Below are positions 25,658 to 32,000 of a stretch of 32,000 nt of DNA, in pieces. Origin of the DNA: Fibrobacter succinogenes subsp. succinogenes S85 (GTDB lineage Bacteria; Fibrobacterota; Fibrobacteria; Fibrobacterales; Fibrobacteraceae); the NCBI RefSeq assembly GCF_000146505.1, contig NC_017448.1:2880001-2912000 (forward strand). Direction: 5' to 3'. Each line of letters opens with the position of its first letter. The first letter of the stretch is position 1. The position numbers were made by a program, and so were the translations under genes. The notes beneath the pieces were generated by a model. The model did no database searches, was not told where the DNA came from, and was given only the letters and a program-made list of their open reading frames with translations.

Positions 25658-27457
25658 TTATTTTGTATAAATTTTAATGTAGGAAGCCCTGTCGCGTCCC
25701 GTGCTGCGGCCATTCACAAAGAATGTCTTGCCACTTCTGCGCAGGTTCATGTTCTGCTGCAAGATTTTTTTCGCTATTGCAGTTGTATTTTCTTTCTTTG
25801 CGGCAATGAATTCAATCTTGTCAATGTTTGGGCCACCGTCTTCTGTCAAGGATTCGATCTTCACGGAGCTTGCTCCGGCGGGCATGTTGAGTATGACGAT
25901 TGTATCGTTCCAATCAGTCCATTCACCTGTTGAAGGCATGTCAAGAGACTTTACCTGAACCTCTCCATTGACGGAAACGCTTACGGCGCGATTCGCTGTA
26001 GAACCATTTGCGAAAGTTATCCTCATTTGCTGTTCGCCATCGTTGGGAAGGCATACGCCAAAGGTGATTGAAGATCCTATTTTGTTGTCTAAATTGGCGT
26101 AGCCTTTCCCAGAAAATCCCTGATGCTTGTCTTCAAAAATTGTTGCGTTGTACAAGGCGTTTTCAGCTTCGTAGTGGAGCGAATCTTTTGCGATGAACTT
26201 GAATTCGGCTTGTGCGTTAATTCCTTTTTGAATGTCCTTGATGGTGGCTTCTGCGTCTTTCCCGGTGAGGTCGCCTTTCCAGCCTGCAAATTCCCAGCCG
26301 TTCAGCGGAACCGCCTTCAGGGTGAGAGAGGAACCCTGAGGGACGGAATCGCCGACGATGCTTTGCTCAATGTGTCCACCGACTGATGCTGCTGTCTTTA
26401 CGGAAACCTGCGGAACTTTTACTTGGGTCGTTTTACCGACCTTTACCCAGTCCGGAAGCGTCGCGTTGTATTTTTTTGCGATATCGCGCAGTTCCCTAAG
26501 GCGCGCATTCGCCGTGTATTTCTGGCCATCGCGATCAAACATCGGTTTTTTGCTGTAACGGGTCGGCTCCCACACGAAGGTTCCCCAGCCCAGGTCGCCA
26601 AATTCATAGAACACCGAGTTCACGAGGGCCGTGCGTTCGCCCGTATATTCGCAGCTCAGCACCGCCTTCTTGTTCTTGACCACGAGCCCGAACATATCTC
26701 GCCAATCCTGCCCGTTGTTCGTGGTACCGTAGGTGGAACCGCAAATGGCATCGTAGTCGATATTCGCGTGAATCTTGTTGTACCAATCCGCAAAACCCTT
26801 CTCGGGGCGCGGCTGGCCATGCTGCATCACAATCTTGATAGAAGGATCCGTCTCGCGCACCGCACGCACGCCCGAATTGATGATGTTCGCGAAGTCCGCC
26901 GTCTTGCTCAGTGAAACGCCCGCCACCTTCGAGTTGATTTCGTTGCCCACCTGCACCATGTCGGGGCGAAGTCCCGCCTTCATGAGCGCGTCCATGGTCG
27001 TCTTCACGTGATTATAGGCGAGCTTGCCCATCTCGGCATTGCTTTTGCCCGCCCAAGAGGCCGGAACATCCTGGTGACCGATGGAAGCCCACGTGTCACT
27101 CATGTGGAAATCGAGGAAGAATCCCATATTGTGCGCCTTGATGCGCTTAGCGAGCGCGATGGTATGTTCCAGGTCGCACCAACACACGTTGGAATTTGCG
27201 CCAGAGTAGCTGTTCTTCGCATAGCCGATGCACGAATTCACGAAGGTACGCACGCGGATAAAGTTGATTCCATGATTCTGCAGGATATCAAAGAGGTCCT
27301 GCTGCTTGCCGTTATCGTAGTACTTTGCCCCCAGCGACTCATCTTCGAGCACCCACGAGACATCGACACCCACGATATACGGGCGCGCAAGCGCCGCAAC
27401 TGCCACGGCACCCAGAACCAGCGCCGTTTTCCTGATAATTTTTCCCAATCCAAACAT
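25658..27457 (-). CDS. GH53 arabinogalactan endo-beta-1,4-galactanase + InlB-B-repeat-like domain + CBM6/35 + basic terminal tail
   Basis: 'VGVDVSWVLEDESLGAKYYDNGKQQDLFDILQNHGINFIRVR', acid/base 'VQVGNEIN' and nucleophile 'GTFVWEP'. 'LKAVPLNGWEFAGWKGDL'. CBM block 'YEAENA...GFSGKGYANLD...TGEWTDW...GPNIDKIEF'. Tail 'KTFFVNGRSTGRDRASYIKIYTK'. Good AAGGAG-type SD. Confidence 0.85.
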   Translation of the reverse strand: MFGLGKIIRKTALVLGAVAVAALARPYIVGVDVSWVLEDESLGAKYYDNGKQQDLFDILQNHGINFIRVRTFVNSCIGYAKNSYSGANSNVCWCDLEHTIALAKRIKAHNMGFFLDFHMSDTWASIGHQDVPASWAGKSNAEMGKLAYNHVKTTMDALMKAGLRPDMVQVGNEINSKVAGVSLSKTADFANIINSGVRAVRETDPSIKIVMQHGQPRPEKGFADWYNKIHANIDYDAICGSTYGTTNNGQDWRDMFGLVVKNKKAVLSCEYTGERTALVNSVFYEFGDLGWGTFVWEPTRYSKKPMFDRDGQKYTANARLRELRDIAKKYNATLPDWVKVGKTTQVKVPQVSVKTAASVGGHIEQSIVGDSVPQGSSLTLKAVPLNGWEFAGWKGDLTGKDAEATIKDIQKGINAQAEFKFIAKDSLHYEAENALYNATIFEDKHQGFSGKGYANLDNKIGSSITFGVCLPNDGEQQMRITFANGSTANRAVSVSVNGEVQVKSLDMPSTGEWTDWNDTIVILNMPAGASSVKIESLTEDGGPNIDKIEFIAAKKENTTAIAKKILQQNMNLRRSGKTFFVNGRSTGRDRASYIKIYTK

Positions 27458-27492
27458 CCTTCACTCCTTTGTTTTTTTTGTTAGCATCTTGT

Positions 27493-27557
27493 TGTACTAT
27501 AAATTGTACTACAATTTTCTATAAATATAACCATTTTTACTACAAAACGTACTATAA
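27493..27557 (-). promoter_or_regulatory. Four phased TACTAYAA boxes (candidate operator/promoter) upstream of GH53
   Basis: TGTACTATAA 27493-27502, TGTACTACAA 27505-27514, TTTACTACAA 27536-27545 and CGTACTATAA 27548-27557. Spacing is 12 nt within each pair and 43 nt between pairs. The proximal box lies 36 nt from the GH53 ATG. Confidence 0.45.
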
Positions 27558-27631
27558 TTTTTTTGAAAAATTTTAAAATTGGCGATTTTAAACGAAAAAT
27601 GGGTATTTTTCAATTCCCAATGCGAATAGGC

Positions 27632-27718
27632 TTACCCGTAAACAAGTCCGAGCGCGATGGCGAGCAGGCTGAGTACCGCAATCTGCTTGACGATGGCGAA
27701 ATTTTCACGGTCGAACAT
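27632..27718 (-). CDS. Candidate 28-aa single-TM small protein (not in ORF track)
   Basis: ATG at 27718 lies 3 nt after the GH43 stop, with GAGG 6 nt upstream. Product is MFDRENFAIVKQIAVLSLLAIALGLVYG* (charged N-terminus plus one hydrophobic helix). GC-rich, C-ending codons resemble the neighbouring genes and contrast with the AT-rich spacer just downstream. Confidence 0.4.
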   Translation of the reverse strand: MFDRENFAIVKQIAVLSLLAIALGLVYG

Positions 27719-27721
27719 GCT

Positions 27722-29380
27722 TTACCTCAGCTCGATTTTCTGGATGCGGCCGCCGAACCTTACCACGTATGCGCCAGGGGCAAGATTCTTCACCGCGACT
27801 TGCGCAGCGTGCCCGCGGGCAACGACCATGCCGTGCAGGTTCATCAGGGCATAATCCGCAGCCTGCGAGAACCGCAACCCATCCGCGCGAGAAACCCCGA
27901 TAATCCGCGCACCGAGATTCCCAGACGCTGCGACTAGCGACGTAATTTCCGTGGAACTGCTCGATACAGCCTCGGAGCTGGAACTTTCGGGCGCGACCTC
28001 TACGCTGGAAGAACTATATGCAGATTCGTCGCCCATATATTCAAACTTGAACGACTGGTTCTGCGTCCCTGTCTGTTTCCACACGACAAGCGGCATGCCC
28101 GCCTCCGTAGAGATGTTCAGGACATCGCCCAGATATTCACTTGCGGTATCCGCATACAGGCGGTAACCGTCATCCACATTAAAGTTCTCGATGACAATCC
28201 TGTTTTCGGCATCGACGGTCCTTGCGGTATCCAGCAGGTTTCCTTTTCCGAACGAAAGGTACTTTCCCGTTTCGATGTTCCTGAGCGTGTAGGTGTAACC
28301 ATCGATTCTTTTGAGCGCCCACAACTGCGATTCACTTTCTTCGGAATCCATCTGGATTACCGCAGAAGCCGCATCCTCGAGACTCAAGCCACTATGCCGC
28401 GCCTTGATGCGGTAAACGCCATCCCTGATTGGCGCGTGATCCACCTTCTTTACGCCCGCATCGGTCATGGTGATGTTCGCGATGGTCGAGTCGTTTTCGT
28501 AGTAGGCGTAGTCCACACACAATGCACGACGGAAACTGCCGCCAATCGCGCCCGTATGGTATATGTAATACCACTGGTTATGGAATTCAACGAACGCTTG
28601 GTGGCTCGTATTGGAATTCTTGTTGAAGCCAACAATGACCTTGGAATTGGATACGGGCCCCGTCGGGCTTTTCATGGTCGCCTGGCCAATGCGTTCTTCC
28701 CAGCCGTAGGCATACGTCAAAAAGTAGTAGCCGTTCCTTTTATGAACGTACGGAGCCTCGGTAAAACTGGGCGGAGTCACGTTGAACATGTTACCTTGCA
28801 GTTCGACCATGTTTTCCTTGAGCCTGTAGCCCATCACGGCGCCGTTGCCCCAATAAATATAAGCCTGTCCGTCGTCATCGATAAAGACGGTCGGGTCGAT
28901 ATCGTAATTCACGCCGCTATTCGCCGGAGTCATGTCGCTGGTAATGAGCGCCTTGCCGATGGCATCCTTGTACGGGCCTGCCGGATGGTCCGCGACGGCG
29001 ACACCAACTGCAAAGTCCCTGCCGTCGTGCACGGTCACGTACCAGTAGAACTTGCCGTTCCGTTCGATAGTCTGGCTCGCCCAGGCACTGCCACGCGCCC
29101 AATTGAAAGACCTGATAGAAAGCGCGGCCCCGCGATCCACCCAGGTATCCATATCTCCCGAAGAGAATATGTGCCAGTCGTTCATTATGTAACCTTCGTG
29201 ACCGGCGGGCGCCTCGTCATGCCCCGTGAAGATATACATGGTATCGTTGTAAACGAGCCCTGCGGGGTCTGCCGTGAACATATTCGTGACAACGGGATTG
29301 CTTGCCGCAAATGCGCCAACGGCTAGCGACAAGCCGACACCCACAAAGCCGCCCCGTAGGGCGTTTCCCAATCCATACAT
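27722..29380 (-). CDS. GH43 (arabinofuranosidase/arabinoxylan-arabinofuranohydrolase-like) + ricin-type (CBM13-like) domain + Ser linker + C-terminal sorting tail
   Basis: 'NPVVTNMFTADPAGLVYNDTMYIFTGHDE', 'NDWHIFSSGDMDTW', 'RNGKFYWYV', 'DIDPTVFIDDDGQAYIYWG', 'EAPYVHKRNGYYFLTYA'. Trefoil-like 'DGVYRIKARHSGLSLE...QLWALKRI'. AGGAG SD. Confidence 0.8.
   Translation of the reverse strand: MYGLGNALRGGFVGVGLSLAVGAFAASNPVVTNMFTADPAGLVYNDTMYIFTGHDEAPAGHEGYIMNDWHIFSSGDMDTWVDRGAALSIRSFNWARGSAWASQTIERNGKFYWYVTVHDGRDFAVGVAVADHPAGPYKDAIGKALITSDMTPANSGVNYDIDPTVFIDDDGQAYIYWGNGAVMGYRLKENMVELQGNMFNVTPPSFTEAPYVHKRNGYYFLTYAYGWEERIGQATMKSPTGPVSNSKVIVGFNKNSNTSHQAFVEFHNQWYYIYHTGAIGGSFRRALCVDYAYYENDSTIANITMTDAGVKKVDHAPIRDGVYRIKARHSGLSLEDAASAVIQMDSEESESQLWALKRIDGYTYTLRNIETGKYLSFGKGNLLDTARTVDAENRIVIENFNVDDGYRLYADTASEYLGDVLNISTEAGMPLVVWKQTGTQNQSFKFEYMGDESAYSSSSVEVAPESSSSEAVSSSSTEITSLVAASGNLGARIIGVSRADGLRFSQAADYALMNLHGMVVARGHAAQVAVKNLAPGAYVVRFGGRIQKIELR
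27953..28024 (-). repeat. Ser-rich interdomain linker (coding low complexity)
   Basis: SAYSSSSVEVAPESSSSEAVSSSS. Confidence 0.8.
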
Positions 29381-29415
29381 CCAAACACTCCTGTTTTTAG
29401 AATAAGTTAATTCCG

Positions 29416-30999
29416 CTAGAACATCACCCGATACGGAATCCGCCTGTCAAAACTGCGGCCCTTGAGGTCACGGTAACCCTTGCGAGCAGGCACCTGCATT
29501 CCTTGGCGAGCGGCACGCGGAGCAATCGCGGTAGTTCCGCTGCTAGAACTTTCGGGCGCGACTTCGGAACTCGAAGAACTTTCAGCAACTTCGGAGCTGG
29601 AAGACTCCTCGACGCTAGAAGACGATTCCGGTTCAACGGCCGGCGGGGTCGCCTTCGCGAGTTTCACCTTCTGGTTGTCCGCACCGGTACGCACCCAGGT
29701 AATCACGGGCATGCCCGAATCCTTCGAGACATTCAGCACGTCGCCCACAAAGTCGCTGTCATAGTCGCCGTACAGGTAGTAGCCCTTTGCGGCAGAGGCA
29801 TTTTCGATGCGGATTTCGCAGGCGGTCGCCGACGTCTTGACGGTATCGAGCAGCGTCTTGGGCGGGCAATAGTAGCGGCCGGTACCGTAATTTCTGAGCG
29901 TGTAATGGCGGGCATTTTTCGTGCTGCGTTCCACGGTCCAGAATTGGTTCGCATCCTTTTCGCTTTCGGGACGCTGCACCACGATTCCGTTCTCTTCAAC
30001 AAAAGACAGGTTGCTGTGCGAAACGGTCAGGCGGTACGTGCCGTTTTTCACGAGTGTATTATTTACTTTGTCTACACCCGTGGTGGTACGCTTGATTTTC
30101 TGGATATTCGCATTCTCGTCGTAGTACAGGTAGTCAATATTCACGGAGCGGCGGTAGGTCCAGCCACCTGGCGCGTTTGCGCCGTGATACATGAAATACC
30201 AGTGCCCGAGATACTTGAAAATCGCCTGGTGGTTCGTCTCGGAGTTGTCGAGCTTGTCGTTCAGCACGCCCTTCTGCGTCCACGGGCCATTCAGGCTCGT
30301 GGCCATCGAGTAATTCGTGGTAGACGGGTAGCCCGAGGCGTAACTGAAGTAGTAGTTGCCGCGGTATTTGTGCATCCAGGGCGCTTCGAAAAAGTCCCTG
30401 ATCTTGATGTCTTCGGGCGTACTCGCGAGTTCAATCATGTTTTCCTTGAGCTTTACGCGACGGCCCGCGTTCCACGAGCCCCAATACATCCAGATGTCGT
30501 TCCCATCGTAGAAAATTGCGGGGTCGATATTCAGCGCGACATCATTCGGGGTGTTGTCGGTCACGAGCGCCTTGCCGATAGCATCTTTCCACGGGCCCGA
30601 GGGGTGATCGGCCACCGCGACGCCAATCGCAAAACCTTCGTCTTGCTTGATGGTCTTATGATGCACCGCCACGTACCAGTAGAACTTGCCATTACGGTAT
30701 TCGCAATGGCCCGCGAAGGCGTTGCCGCTCGCCCACTTGAAGGTCCGCCATGAAAGTACCGCACCATAGTCATGGTAGTTTTCCATGTCGTCGGTCACCA
30801 GCACATGCCAGTCGTTCATCAAGAAGAACTTGTTGTTGTTCCCCTGAGCGCCCTGCTCATCGTGGCCCGCAAAAATAAACAGGCTATCGTTGTGCACGAG
30901 CGCCGCGGCATCGGCAGAGTAGAATTTTGTAGTGAGGGGATTCGCTGCCATCGCAACAGCCGCTACCCCCATCAGCATAGATAAAGCACGTTTAAACAT
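29416..30999 (-). CDS. GH43 paralogue of the downstream gene + ricin-type (CBM13-like) domain + Ser linker + basic terminal tail
   Basis: 'NPLTTKFYSADAAALVHNDSLFIFAGHDE', 'NDWHVLVTDDMENY', 'RNGKFYWYV', 'NIDPAIFYDGNDIWMYWG', 'EAPWMHKYRGNYYFSYA'. 'NGTYRLTVSHSNLSF...QFWTVER'. Tail 'GYRDLKGRSFDRRIPYRVMF'. The track start at 31005 is TTG. The ATG at 30999 (MFKRALSMLMGVAAVAMA|ANP) is more likely. Confidence 0.8.
   Translation of the reverse strand: MFKRALSMLMGVAAVAMAANPLTTKFYSADAAALVHNDSLFIFAGHDEQGAQGNNNKFFLMNDWHVLVTDDMENYHDYGAVLSWRTFKWASGNAFAGHCEYRNGKFYWYVAVHHKTIKQDEGFAIGVAVADHPSGPWKDAIGKALVTDNTPNDVALNIDPAIFYDGNDIWMYWGSWNAGRRVKLKENMIELASTPEDIKIRDFFEAPWMHKYRGNYYFSYASGYPSTTNYSMATSLNGPWTQKGVLNDKLDNSETNHQAIFKYLGHWYFMYHGANAPGGWTYRRSVNIDYLYYDENANIQKIKRTTTGVDKVNNTLVKNGTYRLTVSHSNLSFVEENGIVVQRPESEKDANQFWTVERSTKNARHYTLRNYGTGRYYCPPKTLLDTVKTSATACEIRIENASAAKGYYLYGDYDSDFVGDVLNVSKDSGMPVITWVRTGADNQKVKLAKATPPAVEPESSSSVEESSSSEVAESSSSSEVAPESSSSGTTAIAPRAARQGMQVPARKGYRDLKGRSFDRRIPYRVMF
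29539..29634 (-). repeat. Ser-rich interdomain linker (coding low complexity)
   Basis: EPESSSSVEESSSSEVAESSSSSEVAPESSSS. Confidence 0.8.
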
Positions 31000-31019
31000 A
31001 CCCAAACATCCCTTTTTTG

Positions 31020-32000
31020 TTAGCGATTCATCACCTTGAAAATGTACTTTCCTTTAGGCAGGCCCTGCAGTGACACCTCAGATTCCATGCGCACAGTCTT
31101 TCGAGCCATCAGCTGACCCATCGGGTTCATCACGAAGACTTCGTAATTGCCAGGACGATCAAAATGGAGGGTGTAGCCCAAAGCATTTGCAGTCAATTTA
31201 TAGCCGGTTTTCAAAGACTTTGTCTGAGCGAGAGCCGTCGAAATTTCGCTGGAACTGGAAACTTCAGCGATGCTGGAGCTAGATTCCACCGGAGCCACGC
31301 TGGAGCTCGAGGCAGGCGGTTCGGCAATTTTTCCGAAGCGGATGTTGCCGACCAGCACTTCGCCGCTCATGCCGCTGCCCGTGAGATAGAAGTCCTTGAC
31401 GCCCGAAAGCTTCTTGGTGGCAGAGCAGTTCACTTCGGTCCAGGCGCCGTTTGCGCAGTTCGAAGGAACGGTGCACTTGGAAAGTTCCGTACCCGAAGCA
31501 GAACCTTCGCGGATACTGAGCGTTCCGCCGCGGCACTGCTGCAGTTCGACCTTGACTTCGGTGCTCTTGATAGAATCCGTCACCACGTTTTCGAAGATGG
31601 CGTAGCCACCGCTCTTGACGGCAAGCTTGTCGTCGTTCGTGAGGCGCACCTTGATGCCGTTATCGAACCCGTTGCCCGGAATGGTATCGCGAATCACGCG
31701 CAAGAAGTCGATGCGGTCCAGTTCCGCATAATTCTGGTCGGGTTCCACCTCAATAAAGTTGCCGCCGCGCTTGAGCTTTGCAGGCACCATCGCCACGGAC
31801 TTTTCGGGGAAACTGCCCCAGGCGCCCGTCTTCGGGAGCTTTACCGTCTGCGCCTTTCCATTCACCGTTACCTTGTGCGTAGCATCTTTATCGCCGCCAT
31901 TCGCGTAGCGGTAACGCATAATGTAGTCGCCAGCCTGCATAATGTTCATCGGCAAGCGAATCTTGGAACCCTTCGTATTGATGTAGCCCACGTATTCGCC
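31020..32000 (-). CDS. 3' part of a modular carbohydrate-binding/glycanase protein (two CBM6/35-like modules, Ser linker, C-terminal sorting tail); N-terminus outside the window
   Basis: The frame is open to nt 32000. 'YRYANGGDKDATHKVTVNGKAQTVKLPKTGAWGSF...ELDRIDF' and 'GGYAIFENVVTDS...GVKDFYLTGSGMSGEVLVGNIRF' are CBM6/35-like. Tail 'YEVFVMNPMGQLMARK...GKYIFKV'. Any catalytic module would lie upstream of the window. Confidence 0.7.
   Translation of the reverse strand, partial: GEYVGYINTKGSKIRLPMNIMQAGDYIMRYRYANGGDKDATHKVTVNGKAQTVKLPKTGAWGSFPEKSVAMVPAKLKRGGNFIEVEPDQNYAELDRIDFLRVIRDTIPGNGFDNGIKVRLTNDDKLAVKSGGYAIFENVVTDSIKSTEVKVELQQCRGGTLSIREGSASGTELSKCTVPSNCANGAWTEVNCSATKKLSGVKDFYLTGSGMSGEVLVGNIRFGKIAEPPASSSSVAPVESSSSIAEVSSSSEISTALAQTKSLKTGYKLTANALGYTLHFDRPGNYEVFVMNPMGQLMARKTVRMESEVSLQGLPKGKYIFKVMNR
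31248..31319 (-). repeat. Ser-rich interdomain linker (coding low complexity)
   Basis: PPASSSSVAPVESSSSIAEVSSSS. Confidence 0.8.

Noticed and set aside
27563-27937. 124-aa plus-strand ORF spanning the AT-rich gap and the 3' end of GH43
   Set aside because: It starts in the AT-rich spacer without an SD and runs antisense through both the small ORF and the GH43 tail. Its composition changes abruptly at the gene boundary. It is not credible as a gene.
1-32000. Search for tRNA/rRNA/tmRNA-like sequence (e.g. GGTTCGAAT T-loop boxes) and for IS-type terminal inverted repeats
   Set aside because: None was found by eye in any intergenic region. The single GGTTCAAATCC-like string (~24651-24661) lies inside the CE12 coding region with no acceptor-stem complement.

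Overview
This 32-kb chromosomal segment reads like a Fibrobacter (Fibrobacterota) genome. That is an inference from a TIGR02147/DUF4423-type paralogue and from glycanases that nearly all end in Ser-rich linkers plus a basic or beta-rich C-terminal tail. I see about 24 protein genes and no rRNA, tRNA, CRISPR, transposase or integrase. Left part (1-9.2 kb): a 5'-partial surface-type protein, a SPOR-domain protein, a 1360-aa DUF4011/SF1-helicase-like/DUF3320 protein whose ATPase motifs are all eroded, gluQ, a secreted hypothetical protein and a DnaQ-type exonuclease. Middle part (9.2-18.9 kb, all minus strand): a frameshifted GH3, topoisomerase III and a processive-type GT2 packed into one translationally coupled unit, then an AT-rich DUF4160/DUF2442 cassette, a LamG lipoprotein and a PL1 pectate lyase. 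Right part (20.1-32 kb, minus strand): seven tightly packed pectin/arabinogalactan side-chain enzymes (CBM protein, two GH43, GH53, CE12, GH43, PL9-like) with no transporter or catabolic gene. The most unusual items are: (1) the pseudo-helicase; (2) a (CTTCCTA)5 heptamer array inside gluQ whose only two variant units are exactly the ones that would otherwise give in-frame TAG; (3) heptad-phased stop-codon tracts just after genes; (4) an A9 frameshift in GH3; (5) four phased TACTAYAA boxes plus an untracked 28-aa membrane-peptide ORF in the only sizeable intergenic gap of the CAZyme cluster. All domain calls come from reading the translations against remembered family consensus. None has been verified by a search.
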